Shown here piece by piece: positions 41,960-52,412 of a stretch of 64,000 nucleotides of DNA. This stretch comes from Camelus dromedarius (lineage: Eukaryota). A model generated the notes under the pieces. The model saw only the letters and a list, made by a program, of their open reading frames with translations. It was not told the DNA's origin and ran no database searches. How positions within the stretch are numbered: the first letter of the stretch is position 1; each line of letters opens with the position of its first letter. The translations under genes were made by a program, and so were the position numbers. Location of the stretch: positions 76,324,001 to 76,388,000 of the forward strand of contig NC_087436.1 in assembly GCF_036321535.1 (NCBI RefSeq). The letters are read 5' to 3'.

Positions 41960-42680
41960 TCTTTGTTTTCAGGAGGGCTGTCGGGTCAGAGCGCGAAGCC
42001 CTGAAGGCGACGAAGGTGGGAGCGGCTGCGTGGCCCCTGCTGGCCACCGTAGGGCGCCGCACCGAGGCGGCTTCGCGTTCTAGTCCGTCTCGGGCGCTGG
42101 CCCAGGGTTGTGTCTGTCTACACGCCCAGCCGCGGGGCGGGGGAGGCTTCTCCTCCTCCTCCCGCGCCGCTCCAGGACCGCCAGAACATCTCAGGAACAG
42201 GAGCGTTGACATGTAGGAATAGACTCTGGTCTTTGGAGATGCGAAAAGGAACACGTGGCTGAAAGTCAGGCCCGAGCAGCTGGTGAACAGGGTCGCGGCC
42301 GACCTGAAGACCCCAGCATCCTGGAGGCCCCAGTCGTTGCCTTGACTGCCCGCATCCGCAGGTAATTAAGAACCCGTGTAGTAAGATCAAAAGGTCAGAG
42401 CTCATAAACATTCTCTGTTGTGGAGCAGCGACTAGAGGAAGAAGCCCAAAGAACGTTCATGAAAACCACCAGCAGGGCTTGGAGAGAACGAGGAGGTGGA
42501 GATCGGCCCCTCTTGCCCTCCTGTGCCTCTCAACAGCTCCTGCAGCTGAAAGACCGAGAAGGCTCTGCCTGGAGGTAAGAAGGCCCGGAGGCCCGCAATC
42601 CCACGGGCTCCTTATGAGGGCAGCGATGACGGGGTGGGGGTGGCGGCGGGGAGGCATTCCAACGGGTCTGGGGTGCTGGA
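41960..42680. promoter_or_regulatory. Orphan CpG island, probable promoter
   Basis: Dense CpGs in an otherwise CpG-depleted window; GC box GGGGCGGGG 42134-42142; E-box CACGTG 42252-42257; followed by splice donors. Confidence 0.75.
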
Positions 42681-45600
42681 AAAGAAACAATAAATTATGT
42701 AAAGTCAGAGACAGAGATGGGAAGGGAACAGGAAGGGAGGGAGAACCATGGTGGAAATGTAGACGATGAATCTGAGAGATGGGAAGGAAAAGTTTGGTGA
42801 CTGTAGTGTATCAGGCACCATTAATGATGATGCTTGAACTAAGAGTGTGAATGAAGGGGAAGAAACAGAGTAGAGACCTTTTAAAATCAGTTCCTCCAGG
42901 ATGGTTCCCAGGAACTTAATTCTGAATGTTAAGGAGAAAATCCTGTGCAATTGCCACAGCATTTCTAAATATCTCTAAATCTCATCTTAGCGAAAATCAG
43001 CAGTTTTTGTTTTTAAAAGTGAAATCTTCAAAGAAAATTTGGCATATTTAGAGAAGAACCCCCCCCCCCCCAGCCCAGGTTCTAATCCGAGCATTTCCAG
43101 GCACAAAACAGCTCAGAGACCTTGGACCATCTCTTCCTTTGGACCCCAGTTTCTAAATGTTTAGAAGAAGTGGCCTGACATGTAAGATCTCTAATTTCTT
43201 GCTAAAATTTATTAGGGATCTGTTTTAAATTTAAAGTTTTGTCTTTCTAAGTCTTATGTTATCTTCTAGCAGTGTCTAACAGATGGAAAATGTAAAGTGA
43301 ATGTTTCCATTCTCCAATTACATGGCAAAATGAGACAAGAGGAGATGCTATAGAAACTATTTTGTTAAAGATTTATTATGCCCCTTTTGTCCATGTTCTT
43401 TTTATTTGGAGGCATTGTATGATTCTCATAATATACACTGAGGCTGGTATGAGGTGAAACTAGTCAACTCACAGAAACAAATGGGAGAGGAACATATATG
43501 TAAACAGGCAAAGAAAGTATTGACAGCAGTAGCACTGGAATGTGGAAGCTGTGAGGGGATGAAATGAAAGATAAATGATCTTCCAAGTACTTATCTAGGC
43601 AAACATTTGGTACATAATTTGTTTTTGATACAATTGTAATGAAAGTCATTCTTCTCTATGGGACAACATGCCAGATCTTTAGCACATTGCTGCTTGGTGC
43701 CCAGTGGGCAGTGAGTGCCTGATTGCCAATGCTGCTTTTTAGTGCATGTTCATCTGCAGGATATTAAACAGATTGCCGTTCTTTTGATGTCTGTGAATAC
43801 GAGTAGTAAATACCATACGATATGACTCAATGGATTTGTTTCAGGAAAAAGAAAAAGACAAAGAGGAGGACGAAGAGAGGAAGAGGAGGTGGAGGAAGAA
43901 GAAATTTCTGTCTCTCCCTGAACTGAAGGGATGAACAGGTAAGTCTCAAAGGATATCATTTTTTAGGAGATGGGTAGCAAGCCCTGGATGTAGAAAGGAA
44001 TAGTACATCTACCAGTTCACCCCCAATTTTCTCCCATGTTTTATGATTAAGGAAATGGCTCCCCAAAGAGTCTGTAAACATTTTTTTCAGGACTAGAAAA
44101 TCACTGGAGAACAGAAAATGATTCTATTATAGTTCAGAATCTTCCAGAATGTGTCTAAGTTATAGGGGCCATAAACATCGTATGTGTGTACGATCTGTGA
44201 GTGTGCACCAAATTATTTGTTGGCCAAGACATAATTCTGACTTTCGTAAGAAATTCATAAGTTATTATTGCGTTTACTTTCATCTTGTAAAAAGTCATAA
44301 CAGAGTTCTTTGAGGTAGACAAAGTTCAAGAAGAGCTTTACCAGTTGGATGAAGCTAAGGGAATGTTAGAAGATAAAAACTTAGATTTTATTCTTGCTCC
44401 CAACATGTTTTTATGACATCTAGTTAATTATTTAAAATTTTCATTTCTTTTGTATTAGAAGATGTTGAGCTAGGTGTTCTGTCAAGCCCCATCCTCCTAC
44501 AGGCTCTTCTTTCATTGTGAAAGCGGTCTTGGAGTTTTCGTTGAGAACATTGTTCTCGAAAATACTAAATTCTAGGCAAGTAATCATATTCTCCAGATGA
44601 ATCATCTTTTAAATTCTAAAGCTATACCCTTTTTGGATCGGGAAGGTGATTTTCTTGTTCTTTCCCTCATTGTTCTCAACTGTGAAACTGAGCTAATGGT
44701 AGATAACCGTGGCCTGTTTGAAAGAGAACTGGGAAGTAGTGGTCAGTTTACTCAGTAAAATACAAACCTTACAACCAGAGAGAAAGAGAGAGAGGCTCCC
44801 CCTAATCAAAGCTTCCTGCTCCAAGGTGTCTACTCATCCTCTGCTCTGGTCACTTCGCTAAGGCCATACAAAGGTGGAAACAGGGACATGTAATTAAGCA
44901 TGTTGCCTCTTTCAGTTCAGAGTGAAAGCTGTACAGATCTGTGTTATCCTTATTTGCAATCATTAGAAAATTTTTTATCTTGGTTTTTGCCTAGCTCTCT
45001 CTTGAAGCTACTAGTGTCGACATAAACTCAGTGTCTTCTCACTGGTTTTGGTTTTGCAAATGTTTTTCGAACTTGGATTTCCTATGATAATTGAAAAACA
45101 TCCTTTAGTAACTGAATATAAGAAAGAATTGTGGATTGTTTACAATGAACTGAATTTCATAGTTTAATATAAGATAATTAATAGTCTTATCACCCTTTAC
45201 TTTTTTCCTACCAAAGGTCAAGGCCTTCTTTTCTTTTCATTTTGTAAAATAAATCAGTTTATTAAGGGCTGATATGATAATGAACTGTAATGTATGCTAA
45301 ACACATAGAGGACAAAGATCACATGCAATTTCTCCAAGGCTCAAATAAATCGAACTGTAAAGGTTGTTGATGGAAACTATGGGGGGATATTTAAATGTTA
45401 AGTTTATTCATTTTGTTTTGATTGAAACAATCAGAATAGACCATAGAGCTGTGGGTGACTGAGATGGTATTGTATTTACTCTAGACTTTGCTGTAAGATT
45501 GCCCTAGGGGATCTTATTAGTTCACATGATTTAAAAAAAGGCTTGAAAACAAATTTTCCATATCTAACAGTCATAGAGTAGATTCATAATGTTCCAACTA

Positions 45601-46045
45601 AATGGGGATTGTTTACTATAATGTTTATACTTATGTGTTGGGAACAAGGGCTTACCAGAGAGTGAATCAATAGCTTCCCTGTGAGCTTATGGGTATTAAT
45701 ATCAAAATGATAATATAAGCACCAGAAATAAGGCACAAACATAATAATTTAGGATTCTCTCGGTAAGGAGGGGAAGTCGCTTACCCTTCAAGTCTGGTGT
45801 ATACTGTTGCCACTCCTAGAGCTGCTTCTATGTGGATACCACATAGGATGTCTTTAATTAGATTTACTAATACAGCTTGTTTTTCTTTGGGTACCTCTAA
45901 CATTCCTTTCCTTACATGGCTTTGGTTTCCTCTCTCTCCCCCTCCTTACTGACCCCCTCCCCTCACAGCCATAACTTACTTGTTTTAGTTAGCAAACTGC
46001 ATCTTTGGAAACTAGTCTCAGAATTAGCTGCTGTTCATTCTCCTG
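42100..46045 (+). ncRNA. Putative spliced lncRNA (exons ~42100-42361, 42537-42574, 43845-43938, 45969-46045)
   Basis: Paired consensus acceptors and donors downstream of the CpG island, with no ATG-initiated ORF across them. Start coordinate is approximate. Confidence 0.45.
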
Positions 46046-46709
46046 GTAAGTGTTCGAGCTTGTGCTCTCTCACTCACATATGCCTGATGTTAAATGATGA
46101 CTTGCTGTTTCATAACATGTGTGTGGTGAGACCCCATCATCATAATTTAACCATGTAGTTCTGCTTAGTGGCAATATAGAGAAATTATTAATTAGCTAAT
46201 TTTATAATAGAATATACAGAAGCTCCTTTATAGCCTTGGGGCAGAGTACTGTAATTTACCAATATCATATATGTTAAATTATGAAAATGAGACTTATAAA
46301 GGCAAAGATATAAAAAAAAGGGACAGCTGTAATCACAGGAGTATAATATTGAAGAAATGAGAATGAGATACTGAGTTTGAGGACTTTTAGCTTGATTTTC
46401 TTATGACATCTTTGTTTGTGACTCTTCATAAGGTCATTTGCAATGGGTGCCAGACTGAGAATTATGAACAGATAAATGAAATGGGAAATTAATTTGTTTT
46501 AAATGATACTAGACATTATCATGTATTTCTCCAGCCTAATCACACAAATGACTTCAAGCTCATAGACCTAGTGACAGGAACTGGCACACCCCATGCTAGC
46601 AGACCATAGAAGCAGAGGATACATCAGTATGCATGACAGAGAAAGGATTAACCAACTTGAGCAAACTTTGGTTATAATCCTTCAGAGTTTGAGATAATTT
46701 TTTCTTTTT

Positions 46710-49454
46710 TAAATGTTTTTTGGAGGTATAATATATATATAATATATATAATCTAATAAACTGCCACATATTTAAAGTGTTCAATTTGATTAATTTTGAC
46801 AAATATATTCACCCTTGAAACATCACCTAATTAGTATAATGAACATATTCATCCCTCCCAGTTTTCTTTGTGCCCCTTTGTAATCATGCCTCCTTCTCCT
46901 TCCTGCCCACTCCTCATTCCCATCCCTCTGACACTCCCCCAGTTTTCCAGTAGCCGCTGATCTGCTCTCTGACATTAAATAATAGTTTGCATTTTCTGCA
47001 ATTGCATATGAATGGAATCAAACACTATGTATATACTCCTTTTTGTCTGGCTTATTTCTCTCAACTTAATTATTTTAAAAGTCATCTATGTTGTGTGTAT
47101 CAGTAGTTGCTGGGTAGCCTTCCGTTGTATGGACATCCCATGGTTTATCTGTTTACCTGCTGGCGGACACTTGAGTTATGTCCAGTTTTTGGCTATAACA
47201 AGTAAAGTGCTATGAACAAATCTTTGTATAGACATGTGTTTTAATTTCTCTGGGGTAAATACCTAGGATAATGTGATAGATGTTTATTTAGTTCTTTAAG
47301 AAACTACTAAACTGTTCTCTAAAATGTTTGTAATCATTTTACATTTTCAGTAGAATCATATGGGAGATTCAGTTCCTCTTAAGTCTTTACCAAACTTGAT
47401 ATGTTTTTTCTTTTTAATTTTAAGCATTCTAATCAGTGTGTAGTTATATCGCATGCAGTTTTTCTTTCTTAATATGGTGAAGTATATTAAGACATAATCA
47501 CACTGATTCATTATCCTAGCTTTACATTCCTCCCTGTTGGTCATAATGTCTTATCCTTTTTAGGTATTTTTAGATTAATTTGGTAAAAATTTTGTAAAGA
47601 ATATTGACCTGCAGATTTTTGTTTTTTTTTGGTAATCTTTGGTGTTTGTATCGGAATAATGCTGTCATCTTGGCCACATAGAATGATTTTGGAAGTGTTT
47701 CTTCCTTTCCAGTTTTCTGGAAGAGTTCCTGTAGGATGGGTGTTTTTTCTTCATCATTTGAGCCATTTGGGCTTGTAGTTTTCTGTGAGAAGATTTTAAA
47801 TTAGAAATTCAATATGTCTTATAGATATAAAGTCATTCAAGTTATCTGTTTTTTCTTGAGTTTTGGAAGGTTGTGTTTTCAAAGGAATTTGTTCATTTCA
47901 TCTAAGTTGTCAATTTACTGGCATGAAGTTTTCACAATATTTCTGTATGTTTCAGTATCTTTAGGAGCTATAGTGATATCACTATCATTTCTGATAGTGA
48001 TAATTTTTGTCATCCTTCTGTTTTCTCTAGTCCAGTCTAGGCTTAAAGTTAATCAATTTTTTATTTATACAAAAACCAACTTTTGGTTATATTGATTTTT
48101 GTTATTGTTTTTCTATTTTTATATCATTGATTATTGTGTTCCTCACTATTAATTTTCTTCTACTTACTTTGTGTTTAATTTGCTATACTGTTTCCAGTTT
48201 CTTAGGATAGAAGTTGAGGTTGAAACCTTGTCTCTCTTCTAATATAGGCCTTTCGTCCCAGAAATTTCTAAGTGCTGCTTTTGTAGTATCTCACAAATTT
48301 TGATATGTTGTATTTTCATTCCAAATATTTTCTATTTCTTTTTATATCTTCAACTCATGGATTATTTAAAAACTTATTTACTTTCCAAATATTTGGGGAT
48401 TTCTAGAAACCTTTTATTGATTTATAATTCTAAAGTGCTCAGACAGCATACTTTATATGAAATCCTTTTAAATTCATTGAGACTTGGTTGATGGCCTAAA
48501 TGAGGTCTACTTTGGTGAATGTTTCATAATGCATTTGAAAAGAATATGTATTCTCCTATTGTTGGGTGGTATGTTATATGTTAAGTTGGTAGTATTGTTC
48601 AAATCTATATCTTATTAGTCTATATATTCTATTAAATGTGGAGGAGATGTTGAAATCTCTTAGTATAATTGTAGATTTATCTCCTTTTTCTTTCGGTTCT
48701 GTCAGATTTTACTTTATATATTTTGCTACTCACTATAAAAAAAAAACCGAAGGGCAGAATGGAGAAGCTCTGTTATTAGCTGTATAAATATTTAGGATTG
48801 TTATGTTTCTTTAATGAATTGATGCTAATTTATTATTGCAAAATGACCTTGTCTATCACTGATAACATTCTTTGCTCTGAAATTCGCTTTCTGATATTAA
48901 CATAGCCACTTCAGCTTTCTTTCCATTAGTAAGAGTATGGTATATCTTTTTTTAATCCTTTTTCTTTTTGACTATTTTTTTTTCTGAAACATGTTCCTTG
49001 GAGGCAGTATATAGTTGAGTCTTTTTGATCTAATGTGACAATCTTGCCTTTTGAGGTATTTAGACCATTTATATTTAATGTGCTTACTGGTGTTGTTAGG
49101 TTTAAATATATTTTCCTACTATTGTTTTCCATTCTCCTATCTATTTTTTTTTTCCTTTTTCATCTGTTTCCTGCCTTCTTTTGGATCAAATGGATATTTT
49201 TATAGTTCTGGCTTATGTACCTCATTTTGCTTATCAATTTTAACTTTTTGTTTTGTTTTTTTAGTATTTAAAGTATTTAATTAGCAGTAATTCAAATGAT
49301 ATTATACCACTTCCCATATAGTATATGAACCTTACAATATTACACTCCCATTTATCTACTTTCAACTTTTTTTTTTGCTATTTTTGTTTTCTTTTACATA
49401 TGCTTAAACTCCATACTATATTATTAGTTTTGTTTGAGCAACCAGTTCTCTTTT
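46710..49454 (-). mobile_element. Ancient L1 (L1MC/L1MD-like): 3' end, ORF2 remnants and inter-ORF region; left half of the element hosting GK2
   Basis: Antisense L1 3'UTR at ~46710-47450. The ORF at 48926-49132 gives TLNINGLN..IYCLQ, the start of the ORF2 endonuclease. Confidence 0.8.
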
Positions 49455-50364
49455 CCTGCTTGAAAATAGTGCTTACTGTAGTATTCCACAGCTTTTTCCT
49501 TTTTTTCCCCCAGCATATATCCAGCTAAAGCAATTAAATAAAAACGTTAAGGTGTAAGAAATTTAGTTGAAATCATAACACACTTTTTTTTACCAACATA
49601 AACTATACTTAAACTTTAAATGCCACCTCTTTTTAAAAAAAGTTTCTTCTGATAAATAGTATGCATACTCATTGCTCTAAAATATGTATAAATGTTTACC
49701 CTAAAATATTTGTGTATGTAGTGGTCCAGCTAACACTACCCTTCATATAACTTACTTTATAAATAGACTACTCTGTATGAAGTATATAAGCATATATGTT
49801 AGACATACCAAGTAAAGTACATAAAATGGAAAGATGAAAAGAAAAAAAAACAAAGGAAAACACGTCCTTCTCAGTATAGGATCTACACAGCAAATCAGTG
49901 TAATTAAAATGTAAAATGTATGAAGAATTTTACTTGACAAATATGTTCCTGGAAAATATCTAACCTATGAGAAAACTAAGTTTCTACTGTAAAAAAAAAA
50001 AATTATGTTTCCATTATACATTCAATGATGGTATTGTGGTTTTCCTAATATGTACAAAGGAGGACTTTGGGGTCCATTAAAAATGATGACAACTGTAACA
50101 AGATGGCCTTCAGTTTTAGCAGGTTAGTCACACCTCTTAATCAAGAGTGTGTAGCAGAAAACCAAATCCTGGTCCGTAAGTGTTAGAAAATGTTTGATGA
50201 AGAATTCCACAGGCAGAATATGAATATTCTACATTTTAGAGGGCGTGGAGCAGGAGGATTTCATGACCGTGGAGAGGGTTAACTCCCAGTGGCTGACCCG
50301 ACTTTAACTGCCCATGTTAAAAAAACACATCAAATGTTTCTAGAGTGCTTTCTGTTGTAATTTG

Positions 50365-50370
50365 TTTATT
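50365..50370 (-). terminator. GK2: Candidate proximal polyadenylation signal (AATAAA) of GK2
   Basis: TTTATT on the + strand ~165 nt downstream of the stop codon. Confidence 0.55.
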
Positions 50371-50533
50371 TCTAGCCACAGGTCTACTTGTAGGGTTTTC
50401 ATAAGTCACACAGCAATTGGTTTATAAATAAAATCAGAGTCTGTGATAGCGTCATCACATTAAGAGACAGAATTGCTGGATTTTTTTCATTTTGTGAAAA
50501 GCTCACTTCTTGGGAATCCAGGCTTGGTTGTTA

Positions 50534-52195
50534 TTATGGTATACCTGAGATGTATCTTGCTCCAATTAACATTATTATGCTACTCACTATAAAAAAACCC
50601 AAGGGCAAAGTGGAGAACATAGTGGGTTCATTACTTTCAGGAGACTGAGCTGTAACCCAACCCATTGACTTCATCACGGCTTTCTTCCATGTAGAATAAC
50701 GAATTTCACTTTCTGTGGCCTTGATCTGTGGTTCAAACCGTTCCATCATGACAGTTGACAAATCCTCAGGTTTAAGACTCCAAACGTTCACCCCTTCTGC
50801 AGCCCCTGCTGCCATGGCAGCTCCCAGTGCAGATGTTTCAGGCATAGAGGCTTTTATTACTGGAATATGCAGAATGTCTGCTTGCAGTTGCATAAGAACT
50901 TTGTTGTTGGTCATTCCTCCATCCACTTGCAAATGACTGAGTGGAATTCCACAGTCACGGTTTATGGCATCCAAAATCTCTCGGGTTTGGAAACAAATAG
51001 CTTCTAATGCTGCAAAAGCAATATGGCTTTTATTGGTGAACTGAGTGAGACCACAGATTATCCCTCTTGCACTGGGCTCCCAATAAGGTGCGTATAACCC
51101 CGAAAAGGCTGGGATGAAGTAGCAGCCGTAAGAAGTACCTACTTCTTTAGCAAGTTTTTCACTTTCTTCTGAGGTCTTTATAATTCCAAGATTGTCTCTT
51201 AGCCAGCGAATAACAGCACCAGCTATAGCAACAGAACCTTCCAATGCATAACATGCTGGCTTGTCTTTGCCTAGTTTGTAAGCCACTGTGGTCAGAAGGC
51301 CATGTTCAGAAAACACACACTTGCGACCTGTATTACATAGTAAGAAACAGCCAGTTCCATATGTGTTTTTGGCTTGTCCTTCATGGAAGCACATTTGTCC
51401 TACTAATGCAGCGGACTGGTCCCCCAAACACCCAGATATTGGCACACCTTCTAAGGTCCCAGTTTTCATTTGGCCATAGATCTCAGAAGAGCTCCAGACA
51501 CTTGGAAGAATGTCCATTGGAATTTCAAAAAAGTCACACAGTTCTTTATCCCATTGCAAAGAATGGATGTTGAAGAGCATTGTCCTACTTGCATTTGTTA
51601 CATCTGTACAATGAACGCCTCCATTAACTCCTCCCGTCAGACTCCAGATAAGCCATGAATCAATGGTACCGAAAAGAGCTCTACCTTCTTCAACAGCTTT
51701 TTGAACTTCTCTCACATTATCAAGAATCCACCGAAGTTTCACTGCACTGAAGTAAGTGCTAAGTGGAAGGCCTGTCTTGGACTTGACGAAGTTATTATTT
51801 CCTGGAATTTTTTTACTAAGATTCTCAACAGTAGACTGGGTTCTTAGATCAAGCCACGCCACAGCATTGTAGAGCGGCTCCCCAGTTAATTTATCCCAGA
51901 TCACGGTGGTTTCCCTCTGATTGCTGACACCAATAGCTTTTATGTTGGATTTATCAATATTCAGCTCTTGAAGCTTCTGGCATGTTTTCTCTATACATTC
52001 ATAAACAGACTGAAGAATTTCCTTAGGGTCTTGTTCTACCCATCCTTCTTTTGGAAACTCTTGTGTTAATTCCACTTGATGGTGACTAAGTAGTTCCGCT
52101 GTTTTTGAATTGAAAACCAGAAAATGAGTGGAGTTAGTACTCTGGACCACTGCCCCCACCAACGGCCCCACAACTGCCTGCTTCGGAGCTGCCAT
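50534..52195 (-). CDS. GK2: Glycerol kinase 2, testis-type intronless retrogene (553 aa) with C-terminal hydrophobic tail
   Basis: Uninterrupted single-exon ORF with FGGY kinase motifs ([35 protein letters not shown]). The N-terminus [15 protein letters not shown] matches mammalian GK2 rather than X-linked GK (AVDQGT). Confidence 0.97.
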   Translation of the reverse strand: MAAPKQAVVGPLVGAVVQSTNSTHFLVFNSKTAELLSHHQVELTQEFPKEGWVEQDPKEILQSVYECIEKTCQKLQELNIDKSNIKAIGVSNQRETTVIWDKLTGEPLYNAVAWLDLRTQSTVENLSKKIPGNNNFVKSKTGLPLSTYFSAVKLRWILDNVREVQKAVEEGRALFGTIDSWLIWSLTGGVNGGVHCTDVTNASRTMLFNIHSLQWDKELCDFFEIPMDILPSVWSSSEIYGQMKTGTLEGVPISGCLGDQSAALVGQMCFHEGQAKNTYGTGCFLLCNTGRKCVFSEHGLLTTVAYKLGKDKPACYALEGSVAIAGAVIRWLRDNLGIIKTSEESEKLAKEVGTSYGCYFIPAFSGLYAPYWEPSARGIICGLTQFTNKSHIAFAALEAICFQTREILDAINRDCGIPLSHLQVDGGMTNNKVLMQLQADILHIPVIKASMPETSALGAAMAAGAAEGVNVWSLKPEDLSTVMMERFEPQIKATESEIRYSTWKKAVMKSMGWVTAQSPESNEPTMFSTLPLGFFIVSSIIMLIGARYISGIP

Positions 52196-52412
52196 GAAAC
52201 CAGTCCGGCAGCTCAGCCTCTCTGGTGCCGTTTCCCGGGTGATGAGGTGTTGGTGGGGGAGGGGTGCGCAGGACGTCAGTCGGAGCGTCTGGAGCAGAAG
52301 GCGCAGGCGCAGTGACTGCGGCAGAACCTGGAGCCACTTGGGGCAACCTTTGCCGTTTAACTGGCGCTGCGTCTTCTCACTCCACCCCTCCTTTGGCCCA
52401 GACTCTGCCTCC
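52196..52412 (-). promoter_or_regulatory. GK2: CpG-rich GK2 5'UTR and proximal promoter
   Basis: Local GC/CpG enrichment; CRE-like GGACGTCA 52271-52278; NRF1-like GCGCAGGCGCA 52301-52311; MYB-like TAACTG 52358-52363. Confidence 0.7.

Noticed and set aside
41955..42769. Several 66-99 aa ORFs in the CpG island
   Set aside because: Expected from GC richness; mostly non-ATG starts and no family resemblance.
1..50000. NAA11, the syntenic neighbour of GK2 in human
   Set aside because: No N-acetyltransferase ORF is present; it probably lies outside the window.
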